A DNA stretch of 64,000 bases from assembly GCA_018399015.1 (NCBI GenBank), contig CP073761.1:3010465-3074464 (forward strand), in the 5' to 3' direction. The notes under the pieces are model-generated. The model saw only the letters and a program-made list of their open reading frames with translations. It was not told where the DNA came from and did no database searches. The translations under genes and the position numbers were made by a program. Source of the DNA: Cyanobium sp. M30B3 (GTDB lineage Bacteria > Cyanobacteriota > Cyanobacteriia > PCC-6307 > Cyanobiaceae). Below are positions 54,967 to 64,000 of the stretch, piece by piece. Every line of letters starts with the position of its first letter. The first letter of the stretch is position 1.

Positions 54967-57024
54967 ATGGTGCTCGCCAACCACCAGGGCACCACGCCCC
55001 ACAGCCCAGCCAGCACCCCACCCGGCGCCACCGCAGCAGCCCCCACCGCCGCCTCCTGGACCGCCGCCGACGGCGCCGCCCTCTACGGCCTCGACCGCTG
55101 GGGCGATCCCTATTTTTCAGTGAACGCCCGCGGCCACGTGTGCGTGCAGCCCCAGGGGGAGCGGGGCGGCTCGCTGGATCTGGTGGAGCTGGTGAAGGAG
55201 CTGCGGGGGCGCAACCTCAGCCTGCCGATGCTGATCCGCTTCGACGACATCCTCGAGGACCGGCTGGAGCGGCTGCACGGCGCCTTCGAGCGGGCGATCG
55301 CCCAGTACGGCTACGCCGGCCGCTACCAGGGCGTGTTCCCGGTGAAGTGCAACCAGCAGCGCCACGTGGTGGAGCAGCTGGTGGAGAGCGGCAGGCGCTG
55401 GCACTTCGGCCTGGAGGCCGGCAGCAAGGCCGAACTGCTGATCGCCCTCTCGCTGGTGGACGACCCCCAGGCCCTGCTGATCTGCAACGGCTACAAGGAC
55501 CAGCGCTACATCGAGACGGCGATCCTGGCCCGGCGCCTCGGCCGCCAGCCGGTGGTGGTGATCGAGCAGGCCGATGAGGTGGGGCGGATCATCGCCGCCA
55601 GCCGCGCCCTGGGGGCGGCCCCGCTGATCGGCATCCGCGCCAAGCTCTCCACCCGCAGCACCGGCCGCTGGGGCAGCTCGGTGGGGGAGAAGGCCAAGTT
55701 CGGCCTGTCGGTGCCCGACCTGCTGGCCACGGTGGAGGCCCTGCGCGCGGCCGACCTGCTGGGGGAACTGCGGCTGCTGCACTTCCACATCGGCAGCCAG
55801 ATCAACGACATCGCCGTGCTCAAGGACGCCCTGCAGGAGGCGGGGCAGATCTACGCCGAACTCACCCGCCTGGGGGCACCGATGGGCTACCTGGATGTGG
55901 GCGGCGGCCTCGGCATCGACTACGACGGCAGCCGCACCGCCACCGCCGCCTCCAAGAACTATTCCCTGCAGAACTACGCCAACGACGTGGTGGCCACCGT
56001 GCGCGAGTGCTGCGAGGGCGCCGGCATCGCCGTGCCCACCCTGGTGAGCGAGAGCGGCCGGGCGATCGCCAGCCACTTCTCGGTGCTGGTGACCAACGTG
56101 CTTGGCACAGGCAGTGTGCTCGGCGCCGGCGGCCTGCCGCAGGCGGTGCCGGAGGCGGCCGGCGAGGAGGCCCTGATCCTGCGCAACCTGCGCGACAGCC
56201 ACGCCGCGATCAGCGCCATCCCCGCCTCGGACGCCGCCGCGATCGGCGCGGGGCTGGAGCGGCTGCAGGAGGCCTGGAACGACGCCCTCAAGTTCAAGGA
56301 CGACGCCATGGCGGCCTTCCGCCTGGGCTACCTGGGGCTGCCGGAGCGGGGCCTGGCCGAGCAGCTCACCTGGGCCTGCTGCCAGGGCATCGCCGAGCGC
56401 CTGGCCCTGCTGCCGGCCGACGCCCCGGTGCCCGACGAGCTGCGGGCCCTGCCGGCCGCCCTGGCCTCCACCTATTACGCCAACCTCTCGGTGTTCCGCT
56501 CGGCGCCGGACACCTGGGCGATCGACCAGCTGTTTCCGGTGCTGCCGCTGCAGCGCCTCGATGAGGCCCCCAGCCGGCTGGGCAGCTTCGCTGACCTCAC
56601 CTGCGATTCCGACGGCAAGCTGGCCCGCTTCATTAATCCGGATGGGCGATCCGGGAGGGGCCAGGTGAAGAGCCTGCTGGAGCTCCACCCCCTGCGCGCC
56701 GGCGAGCCCTACTGGATCGGGCTGTTCCTGGCCGGCGCCTACCAGGAGGTGATGGGCAACCTGCACAACCTGTTCGGCAGCACCGATGCGGTGCACATCC
56801 GCCTGGCCCCCGGCGGCGGCTACCGGGTGGATCACGTGGTGCGGGGCGACACCAACGCCGAGGTGCTGCAGGCGATGGAGCACGACCCCCAGCTGCTGCT
56901 GGAGCGGCTGCGCATGGCCAGCGAAACGGCGATCGCCCAGGGTCAGCTGGCCATCGGCGATGCCCGCCGGCTGATGGACCACCTGGAAACCAGCCTGCGC
57001 CAGACCACTTACTTGCAGGGCTGA
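54967..57024 (+). CDS. speA: Biosynthetic arginine decarboxylase
   Basis: YGLDRWG..YF.VN..GHV.V.P, GVFPVKCNQ, LEAGSK.EL, ICNGYKD, LHFHIGSQI, YLDVGGGLGIDYDG, and a C-terminal ...LHNLFG are present. Confidence 0.96.
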   Translation: MVLANHQGTTPHSPASTPPGATAAAPTAASWTAADGAALYGLDRWGDPYFSVNARGHVCVQPQGERGGSLDLVELVKELRGRNLSLPMLIRFDDILEDRLERLHGAFERAIAQYGYAGRYQGVFPVKCNQQRHVVEQLVESGRRWHFGLEAGSKAELLIALSLVDDPQALLICNGYKDQRYIETAILARRLGRQPVVVIEQADEVGRIIAASRALGAAPLIGIRAKLSTRSTGRWGSSVGEKAKFGLSVPDLLATVEALRAADLLGELRLLHFHIGSQINDIAVLKDALQEAGQIYAELTRLGAPMGYLDVGGGLGIDYDGSRTATAASKNYSLQNYANDVVATVRECCEGAGIAVPTLVSESGRAIASHFSVLVTNVLGTGSVLGAGGLPQAVPEAAGEEALILRNLRDSHAAISAIPASDAAAIGAGLERLQEAWNDALKFKDDAMAAFRLGYLGLPERGLAEQLTWACCQGIAERLALLPADAPVPDELRALPAALASTYYANLSVFRSAPDTWAIDQLFPVLPLQRLDEAPSRLGSFADLTCDSDGKLARFINPDGRSGRGQVKSLLELHPLRAGEPYWIGLFLAGAYQEVMGNLHNLFGSTDAVHIRLAPGGGYRVDHVVRGDTNAEVLQAMEHDPQLLLERLRMASETAIAQGQLAIGDARRLMDHLETSLRQTTYLQG

Positions 57025-57027
57025 GGC

Positions 57028-58860
57028 TCAGGCTGGCGGCGGGCTCAGGTAGCGTTCGATGTCGACGGCGTCGATCTGCTCGGGCTTGAGGAACGCCTCG
57101 GCATAGCGGCGGTAGACGCCAGAACGCAGGAACAGCTCAAACAGATCTGGATCGATGTGCTGGCGGTCGCGGAAGCCGGCGAGGATCTCGATGCTTTCAG
57201 AGAGCGTTTTGGCCCGCTTGTAGGGGCGATCGGCGGCGGTGAGCGCCTCGAAGATGTCGGCGATGGCCAGGATGCGCGCCGGGATCGAGAGCTGCTCAGC
57301 GGTGAGCTTGCGGGGGTAACCGCGACCGTCGAGCGTTTCGTGGTGCGCGCCCGCGATCTCCGCCACGCGGGCGAGCTTGCGGGGGAAGGGCAACCCTTCC
57401 AGCATGAGGATCGTCTGCACGATGTGGTCGTTGATCTTGTAGCGCTCCTCCTCGGTGAGGGTGCCGCGAGGCACCGAGAGGTTGGTGAGTTCGCCGAGGT
57501 TGTAGAGCAGCTCCGGCACCTGCATGCGAAAGCCATGGCGGGGATCGGGCACCTGCTGGGGCGGCCTGGGGATCCGGTGCCAGGGCTTGTCGGCCAACAG
57601 CGGCTCCGTGACAGGCAGTCGCCCATCGGGACGGCGCCCCCCATCGGTGCGGCGCTCGTGCTCTTCCCAGGCCAGGCCGAGGGTGTCGTCAAAGTGGCGC
57701 TGCCACGTCTGCTGGGCGATCTGCTGCAGCCGCTCCAGCTTGGCGGAGTCAAACCATTCACCCCCGAGATTGCTGGCGGCCACGAAGGCGAAGTCGTCCT
57801 GGAGCTGGCTGCGGCGGGCCTCGTAACGGGCGGCCAGGTGCTCGGGGTCACCTCCTGCCAGCAGCCCCTGCAGCCGCTCGATCTCGGCGTCGCGCAGCAG
57901 CACCTCAAAGCGGGTGCGGATCTCGTGGATGCGGTTGTAGAGCGTTTCCAGCTTGGTGGCCTTGTCCACCACGTATTCCGGCGTGGTCACCTTGCCGCAA
58001 TCGTGCAGCCAGGCACCGATGCGAAATGCCCGCCACGCGTCCTCATCGGCAAAACCGAACTCCGCCAGCGGACCACTGGTGGCGGCGGCAGCGGCCTCGG
58101 CGAGCATGAGGCCCAGCTCCGGCACCCGCTTGCAGTGACCGCCCGTATAGGCGCTCTTGGCGTCAATGGCGCCGGCCAGAATGGCAATGATGGCGTCGAT
58201 CAGCCGTTCCTGGCTCTCAACGAGCTGGGTGCGCTCCACGCACACCGCCGCCTGACTGGCCAGGGCGTCAATCAGCCGCTGGTCGTTGCCGTCATAGGGC
58301 CGAACAAGCTCGGTGGCCCGCGCGGGGGTGATGCGCGCCCTGGCGTCGCGCTTGCGGTTGATCAGCTGCATCACGCCGACGATCTCGCCGCTGGTGGAGC
58401 GCAGGGGCAGGGTGAGCATCGACACGGCCCGGTAGCCCAGGCGCTGATCGACGCTGCGATCGAAGCGGTAGGGCAGGGCGGGATCGAGCTGGTACACGTC
58501 GGGGATGTTGAGCACCTCGCCGCTGATCGCGCACCAGCCCACCAGCCGCTCGGGGCTGAGCGGGAAGCGGATGTCGAGCAGCTCCTGCTCCATCCCGGGG
58601 CGCTGCAGGCTGTCGTTCTGCGAAACGGCGAACCAGAGCTGGTCCTCACCCTCAGGATCCCGGCGGGCATCGGCCCGCTCCACCAGAAAGATGCTGCCGG
58701 CGTCGCTGTTGGTGAGCTGGCGCGACGTGGTGAGGATCAGGTGCAGCAGGGTGGGTAGATCGGTGGCGCCGCTGAGGGCGGTGGCCACGCCGAGGATGTC
58801 TACCAGCACCGACTCCTGGCGAGCCAGCTCCTCCGGGTTCAGAGGCGAGGGCCTGCTCAC
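57028..58860 (-). CDS. GAF domain / HD-GYP-type phosphohydrolase
   Basis: Trimmed to the GTG at 58858-58860, just after the DUF3307 stop. The GAF-like N-terminus is DAGSIFLVE...VSMLTLPL. HD is at WLHDCGK and the HD-GYP signature is GAHHETLDGRGYPRKL. Confidence 0.8.
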   Translation of the reverse strand: MSRPSPLNPEELARQESVLVDILGVATALSGATDLPTLLHLILTTSRQLTNSDAGSIFLVERADARRDPEGEDQLWFAVSQNDSLQRPGMEQELLDIRFPLSPERLVGWCAISGEVLNIPDVYQLDPALPYRFDRSVDQRLGYRAVSMLTLPLRSTSGEIVGVMQLINRKRDARARITPARATELVRPYDGNDQRLIDALASQAAVCVERTQLVESQERLIDAIIAILAGAIDAKSAYTGGHCKRVPELGLMLAEAAAAATSGPLAEFGFADEDAWRAFRIGAWLHDCGKVTTPEYVVDKATKLETLYNRIHEIRTRFEVLLRDAEIERLQGLLAGGDPEHLAARYEARRSQLQDDFAFVAASNLGGEWFDSAKLERLQQIAQQTWQRHFDDTLGLAWEEHERRTDGGRRPDGRLPVTEPLLADKPWHRIPRPPQQVPDPRHGFRMQVPELLYNLGELTNLSVPRGTLTEEERYKINDHIVQTILMLEGLPFPRKLARVAEIAGAHHETLDGRGYPRKLTAEQLSIPARILAIADIFEALTAADRPYKRAKTLSESIEILAGFRDRQHIDPDLFELFLRSGVYRRYAEAFLKPEQIDAVDIERYLSPPPA

Positions 58861-58873
58861 GGTTGCAGCGGCA

Positions 58874-59230
58874 TCAGGCGGGGGCGGATGCGACCGCCCC
58901 TTGCCAGGCCAACGTGGCCCAGACCAGCTTGCAGAGCACATGCAGGGCCTGGTCGAGGTTGAGACGGTACCAACCGCGACACTTGCCCAGGTCGATGCAG
59001 CCGTGCAGCAGCCATTCGGCCAGGCCCAGCACGGGCAGGCCGGTGATCAGCGCCACGAGGAAACCATGCGTGGCGGCATGGGCCGTCAGCCACCAGCCCC
59101 AGGGCAACACCACCCCCTTGCCAGGACACTTCTCAACCGCCATCCGGTCGTTCTGAAGGGCGAAATCAGCCAGGAAATGGGCCATCGCCAGGAGCAGGGT
59201 CAGATCAATCCAGGACGTGAAGCGCAGCAC
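58874..59230 (-). CDS. DUF3307 family membrane protein
   Basis: HFLADFALQ is near the N-terminus and there are several hydrophobic segments, as in DUF3307. Confidence 0.65.
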   Translation of the reverse strand: MLRFTSWIDLTLLLAMAHFLADFALQNDRMAVEKCPGKGVVLPWGWWLTAHAATHGFLVALITGLPVLGLAEWLLHGCIDLGKCRGWYRLNLDQALHVLCKLVWATLAWQGAVASAPA

Positions 59231-59341
59231 GGCCGCTTGCGTGGGGAGGGCACAAAGTCACCACCCCAGCATGCACGGGGACCGTGGCAACTGCCATCAA
59301 TCCTGGGCGCCTGGTTCACCTGCCGCTCTGGCTCCATACGG

Positions 59342-60070
59342 CTACTGACGAGCGCAAAAGCGCACCTGCAGCTGCAGGCTGTCAGTGGGTCGGGCCAGCT
59401 CCTCGGGATCAAAGGGCGGCTCGGCGCCATCGGCTCGAGCCATCGCCCGCAGGGGCATGGGCCGCGGTCCACCGTCCACCACCAGATCGAGGGGCTGAAG
59501 CTGGCGGAGGCCGATGGCGGCGGCCATGTCCTTTGCCTGTTCGAGCGCGTCCCGGTAGGCCAGCTGCAGCAGCTGGCGGCGCACCGGCCGGTTCTGGGCA
59601 GCATCGGCGCTGGTGCCCACCGGCGCCAGCTGCACCCCGGGCAGGCTGCCCACCTGGCGCACCAGTTGCTGGAGGCGCTGGGGTTGCAGCTGGCCCTGCA
59701 CCGACAGGTTGGCCCCCACGGCCGCCGGCCGATCCCGCTGGGCGGGCTGCGGCCAAGTGGAAGGGGAACTCACCTGCAGCTCCCGCACCTGCAGGGCCTG
59801 CAGGCCGGAGCGCACCGCCGCCAAGCGCCGCTGCAGCTCAGCCAGGGCCGCATCGGCCGTTGCTCCCTGGGCCTCCAGCCGCAGCGACACCTGCAGGGCA
59901 TCGATGGCCCGGCGGATTTCGGCGCTGCCCCGGCTCTCGAGCACGGTGCCGCTGCAGCTCAGCTGCACCTGGGTCTGGGCCAGGGACGCAGCGCCCAGGC
60001 CGGCAACCTGGGCCAGGAGGGGTGCTGCTGCCGGCAGCAGCAGTCCCAACGCCATCCACGCTCGCGCCAT
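59342..60070 (-). CDS. SIMPL (DUF541) domain periplasmic protein
   Basis: A signal peptide is followed by repeated Ala/Leu/Gln-rich beta-alpha pattern and ...AYRDALEQAKDMAAAIGL..LQPL, typical of SIMPL proteins. Confidence 0.62.
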   Translation of the reverse strand: MARAWMALGLLLPAAAPLLAQVAGLGAASLAQTQVQLSCSGTVLESRGSAEIRRAIDALQVSLRLEAQGATADAALAELQRRLAAVRSGLQALQVRELQVSSPSTWPQPAQRDRPAAVGANLSVQGQLQPQRLQQLVRQVGSLPGVQLAPVGTSADAAQNRPVRRQLLQLAYRDALEQAKDMAAAIGLRQLQPLDLVVDGGPRPMPLRAMARADGAEPPFDPEELARPTDSLQLQVRFCARQ

Positions 60071-60154
60071 CCGCCACCCAAGAGCCCACGAGCACCAGCT
60101 TGGCGGCGTCTACGGTTTTGGGCAGCACCTCAACAAGGCCGGCCAGCACCCTCG

Positions 60155-61108
60155 ATGCCGATCACCTTCGACTGCGCGGCCCTCTCCTGCCCCTGGTTCC
60201 CACCGGACACCACCCTGCTGGAGATCGCCACCGCCAACCAGATCCCGACGGTGTCGGCCTGCGGCGGCAATGGCATCTGCTCCACCTGCCGGGTGGAGGT
60301 GATCGAGGGGCTCGACCAGCTGGCCCCCCCGAGCGAAGCGGAACAGACCCTGGCCCTCAAGCGCGGCTGGCCGGCGAATGTGCGCCTGGCCTGCACCGCC
60401 CGGGTGGTGGGCCATGGCCCGGTGACGGTGCGCCGGCTGATCACACCACCGGAGGAGAAGAGGCGACAGCGGCGCCTGGAGAAACAGGGCGGCCTGGGGC
60501 AGATCCGCTCCCTGGCGGTGCTGTTCGCCGACATGCGCAACTTCACCGCCATCACCGAAGCTTGCCCAGCCTTCGACGTGGTGTACATCCTCAACCGCTA
60601 CTTCACCACCCTCAAGCAGGCCATCACCAAGCACGGAGGCCAGGTGAACCTCTATGTGGGCGACGAAATCAGTGCGGTCTTCGGCATGGACACCGATCCA
60701 CGCATCGCCTGCCGCCAGGCGGTGGACGCCGGCCTGGAGATGCTCCAGCGGATCGAGACCCTCTCAGCGGTGATGGAGCGGGAATTTCACGTGCGCCTGG
60801 CGATCGGCGTGGGCATCCACCACGGACCGGTGATCGTCGGCAAGGTGGGACCCGTCGACGATCTGCGCTTTGGCCTGGTGGGCGACACCGTGAACATCGC
60901 CAGCCGGCTGGAAAGCCAGACCAAGGAGCTGGGTGTGCCCCTGCTCGCCTCGGCGGCGGTGGTGGACCATCTCTCCGCCAATCAGGACTTTGCCATCAGC
61001 GCCGGTCGCCAGGTGGCGGTGAAGGGGATTCAGGAGAGCCTGCTGGTGCATGCCATCACACCGAGCGCTGACGCCCCCGGGTTAGCCGAGGGCCGTCCGC
61101 AGGCCTGA
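60155..61108 (+). CDS. 2Fe-2S ferredoxin domain fused to a class III adenylate/guanylate cyclase domain
   Basis: The N-terminal Cys cluster is [13 protein letters not shown]...RLAC. The cyclase motifs are [54 protein letters not shown]. Confidence 0.8.
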   Translation: MPITFDCAALSCPWFPPDTTLLEIATANQIPTVSACGGNGICSTCRVEVIEGLDQLAPPSEAEQTLALKRGWPANVRLACTARVVGHGPVTVRRLITPPEEKRRQRRLEKQGGLGQIRSLAVLFADMRNFTAITEACPAFDVVYILNRYFTTLKQAITKHGGQVNLYVGDEISAVFGMDTDPRIACRQAVDAGLEMLQRIETLSAVMEREFHVRLAIGVGIHHGPVIVGKVGPVDDLRFGLVGDTVNIASRLESQTKELGVPLLASAAVVDHLSANQDFAISAGRQVAVKGIQESLLVHAITPSADAPGLAEGRPQA

Positions 61109-63772
61109 GCACGCCTGCTCCAGCGCCCCATCCAGCGCCGCACCGTCACGGCCGCCGGCCTGGGCCAGGTTGGGCCTGCCGCCGCCGCCGCCGCCGCAGG
61201 CCTTGGCGATGCCGCCGATGAAGGCACCGGCCTTGGGCCCGGCGGCGATCACCGCCTTGCCGAAGGCCGCCACCAGGATCACCTTGCCCAGGTCGGCGGG
61301 ATCGGGCAGGCCGCCGAGCACCACCGCCGCGCCGTCGCCCAGCTGGTCGGCCAGCCCCTGGGCCGCCGTCTGCAGGCCGGCTCCATCCACGCCATCGAGG
61401 CGGGCCACCAGGAGTTGGAACGGGGTGCCATCCGGCCCAGCTCCCACCGTCTCCGCCTGGGCCGCCAGCGCTGAAGCCTTGGCCGCCGCCAGCTCGCCGC
61501 GGGCCGCCGCCAGGGCCTTCTGGCTGACCTTGAGCTCCTCGGCCAGCTGGGCCACCCGCTCCACGATCTCGCCGGGCTGGGCCTTGAAGCGCTCGGCCAG
61601 GGGCTTCACCACCGCCTCCCGCTCCTTGAGATAGGCCAGCACCGCCGGGCCGGCCACCGCCTCGATGCGGCGGATGCCGGCGGCCACGCCGCTCTCGCTG
61701 ATGATCTTGAACACGCCGATCTCGGCGGTGTTGGCCACGTGGGTGCCGCCGCACAGCTCCATCGACACGCCGGGCACATCCACCACCCGCACCACGTCGG
61801 CGTACTTCTCGCCGAACATCGCCACGGCACCGGCGGCCTTGGCCTGCTCGATCGCCATCTCCTCCACCTCCAGCCCGTGGGCCTCGGAGATCCAGCCGTT
61901 GATCAAGGCCTCGATCTGCTCCAGCTCAGCCGGGGTCACGGCGCGGGGGCAGTGGAAATCGAAGCGCAGCCGGTCGAAATCCACCAGCGAACCGGCCTGG
62001 CCGATGCCCGGATCCACCACCTGCTTGAGGGCCGCCTGCAACAGGTGGGTGGCGGTGTGGTTGGCCTGGGCGCGGCGCCGGCAGGCGGCATCCACCCGGG
62101 CGGTGAGCAGGTCGCCCACCGCAATCTGGCCCCGCTCCACCTGGCCGCTGTGCACGAACACCGAGCGGTTGCGGCTCACCCCCTCGATGCTCACGATCAC
62201 GCCGGCATCCACGCTGGTCTGGTCGCCGCCGCCCAGCAGCACGCCCCGGTCGCCCACCTGGCCGCCGCCCTCGCCGTAGAAGGGCGTCACATCGAGCACC
62301 AGCTGCACCTGATCGCCGGCGCCGGCCCGCTCCGCCGGCTCGCCGTTCACCACCAGGGCCAGCACGCAGCTGGGGTGCTCCAGGGCCTCGTAGCCCTTGA
62401 AGGCGGTGGCTTGGGCGGCGGAGGCAACCTGATCAATGGCCTCCTGCAGGGTGAGGTCGATGCTCACGGCCGCGGCCTTGGCCCGCTGGCGCTGCTGCTC
62501 CATCGCCGTCTCGAAACCGGCGGTGTCCACCGTGAGGCCGTGCTCCTCGGCGATCTCCTCGGTGAGCTCCAGGGGGAAACCGTAGGTGTCGTAGAGCTCA
62601 AAGGCCTGCTCGCCGCTGATCTGCTTGGGCTTCGCCGCCAGCACCTCCGCCAGCAGCTTCTCGCCCCGCTCCAGGGTTTCCAGGAAGCGGGCCTCCTCGC
62701 GCTCCAGCTCCGCCAGGATCACCTCCTGGCGCTCCACCAGCTGCGGGTAGGCGTCCCGCATCAGGGTGATCGAGGCCTCGCCCATCGCCGTGAGGAAGGG
62801 CTTGTCGATGCCCAGCAGGCGTCCGTGGCGCACCACGCGGCGCAGCAGGCGGCGCAGGATGTAGCCGCGGCCCAGATTGCTGGCGGTGACGCCATCGCAG
62901 ATCAGCTGGGTGATGGCGCGGCTGTGGTCGCCGATCACCTTCAGCGACGTTTTGCCCTTCTCATCGAGGGCGCGGTAGTCCACCCCCGCCAGCGCCGCCG
63001 CCGTCTCGATCAGCGGGTAGATCAGGTCGGTTTCATAGTTGTTGGGCACCGCCTGCAGGATCTGGGCCATGCGCTCCAGGCCCATGCCGGTGTCGATGTT
63101 GCGGTTGGCCAGCGGCGTGAGGGTGCCCTCCGCGTCGCGGTTGTACTGCATGAACACCAGGTTGTAGAACTCGATGAAACGCGCGTCGTCCTCGAGATCG
63201 ATGCGGTCGTCGCCGCGTTCGGGCTTGAAGTCGTAGTAGATCTCCGAGCAGGGGCCGCAGGGGCCGGTGGGGCCGGAGGCCCAGAAGTTGTCGGCCTCAT
63301 CCATGCGGATGATCCGCTTGGGATTCACCCCCACCACATCGCGCCAGATCGCTTCAGCTTCGTCGTCCTCGCGGAACACACTCACCACCAGATTCTGCGG
63401 TGAAAGCCCGAACACCTCGGTGCTCAGTTCCCAGGCCCACTGGATCGCCTGCTCCTTGAAGTAGTCGCCGAAGGAGAAGTTGCCGAGCATCTCAAAGAAC
63501 GTGTGATGCCGCGCCGTGCGGCCCACGTTCTCGATGTCGTTGGTGCGGATGCACTTCTGCGCGCTGGTGGCCCGTGGCGCCGGCCGCTGCTGCTGCCCCA
63601 GGAACACCGGCTTGAACGGCAGCATGCCGGCGATCGTGAGCAGCACCGTGGGGTCGTCCGGCACCAGGGAGGCGCTGGCCATCGGCCTGTGGCCGCGCTG
63701 TTCGTAGAAAGACAGGAAGGCCGCACGGATCTCGGCGCCGGTCCGGGGGCAAGAGGGAGGAACGGCGGCCAT
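61082..63772 (-). CDS. alaS: Alanine--tRNA ligase
   Basis: Trimmed to the ATG at 63770-63772. [41 protein letters not shown] and the editing-domain HTATHLL ... CGGTHV are present. The C-terminal DHHA1-like tail carries GGGGGRP. Confidence 0.97.
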   Translation of the reverse strand: MAAVPPSCPRTGAEIRAAFLSFYEQRGHRPMASASLVPDDPTVLLTIAGMLPFKPVFLGQQQRPAPRATSAQKCIRTNDIENVGRTARHHTFFEMLGNFSFGDYFKEQAIQWAWELSTEVFGLSPQNLVVSVFREDDEAEAIWRDVVGVNPKRIIRMDEADNFWASGPTGPCGPCSEIYYDFKPERGDDRIDLEDDARFIEFYNLVFMQYNRDAEGTLTPLANRNIDTGMGLERMAQILQAVPNNYETDLIYPLIETAAALAGVDYRALDEKGKTSLKVIGDHSRAITQLICDGVTASNLGRGYILRRLLRRVVRHGRLLGIDKPFLTAMGEASITLMRDAYPQLVERQEVILAELEREEARFLETLERGEKLLAEVLAAKPKQISGEQAFELYDTYGFPLELTEEIAEEHGLTVDTAGFETAMEQQRQRAKAAAVSIDLTLQEAIDQVASAAQATAFKGYEALEHPSCVLALVVNGEPAERAGAGDQVQLVLDVTPFYGEGGGQVGDRGVLLGGGDQTSVDAGVIVSIEGVSRNRSVFVHSGQVERGQIAVGDLLTARVDAACRRRAQANHTATHLLQAALKQVVDPGIGQAGSLVDFDRLRFDFHCPRAVTPAELEQIEALINGWISEAHGLEVEEMAIEQAKAAGAVAMFGEKYADVVRVVDVPGVSMELCGGTHVANTAEIGVFKIISESGVAAGIRRIEAVAGPAVLAYLKEREAVVKPLAERFKAQPGEIVERVAQLAEELKVSQKALAAARGELAAAKASALAAQAETVGAGPDGTPFQLLVARLDGVDGAGLQTAAQGLADQLGDGAAVVLGGLPDPADLGKVILVAAFGKAVIAAGPKAGAFIGGIAKACGGGGGGRPNLAQAGGRDGAALDGALEQACSGLRTALG

Positions 63773-64000
63773 GGGAACAGGTGGTGCGCTTGCGCTCCAT
63801 GATCGCCCAAGGGGTGGAGCAGGGCGCTGCCGATGGCCTTTGCCCCACTTTGCAGCCAGCTGAACTGGCGCCCGTGCGCCGCCACAACGCTTCAACGAAA
63901 GCCGAATGTCAGGCGACTTTCCTTCTAGACATAAGAGGTCCGATAATCTCCGCAGAAAAATGTTGCCGTCGCTTCAACTTGAACCCGTCTTTTTGCGAAG

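Noticed and set aside
60155-61108. The cyclase as part of a Pycsar/CBASS-type antiphage signalling system
   Set aside because: No adjacent effector (TIR, patatin, endonuclease or a TM-only effector in an operon) is present. The gene is fused to a ferredoxin domain, sits in a housekeeping context and is convergent with alaS. That fits a physiological redox-signalling cyclase better.

Overview
This is a high-GC chromosomal segment that looks picocyanobacterial (Synechococcus/Cyanobium-like), judged only from gene content and gene order. The left flank (1-12.6 kb) is housekeeping: the 3' end of eno, a YidB-like gene, an ABC1 kinase, argJ, coaE, a Uma2 nuclease, gatB, a coupled Na+/alanine symporter and Na+/H+ antiporter pair, thiO and ndk. 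The right flank (55-64 kb) carries speA, a GAF-HD-GYP protein, DUF3307, a SIMPL protein, a ferredoxin-adenylate cyclase fusion and alaS. Between ndk and speA lies a mosaic accessory island of about 42 kb devoted to cell-surface glycan or peptide decoration. It holds about a dozen glycosyltransferases, a pyruvyl transferase, a sulfotransferase, a NeuB-like synthase, three cytidylyltransferase-type genes (one decayed), nucleotide-sugar dehydrogenase and epimerase genes, two FemAB-like acyltransferases and an MsbA-like ABC exporter. It also holds a GT-A/GT-C fusion, an intact IS with roughly 50-bp imperfect inverted repeats, an IS3 remnant, two further gene remnants and a visibly AT-richer sub-island (about 30.7-40.2 kb). 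The most unusual part is 13.1-25.1 kb, where two divergently transcribed, tightly coupled operons each encode a PqqD-like peptide-binding (RRE) protein, an HPr-kinase-like P-loop protein, nucleotidyltransferase-fold (NTP_transf_5-like) proteins and glycosyltransferases; one operon also has an Stf0-type sulfotransferase. This resembles a RiPP tailoring toolkit, but I found no cyclase, protease, radical-SAM enzyme or recognisable precursor. Both PqqD-like proteins carry a long C-terminal tail ending in the same DPIHEVD-x2-3-GWP motif. No rRNA, tRNA or CRISPR array was found. All family assignments rest on motif recognition by eye and need database confirmation.
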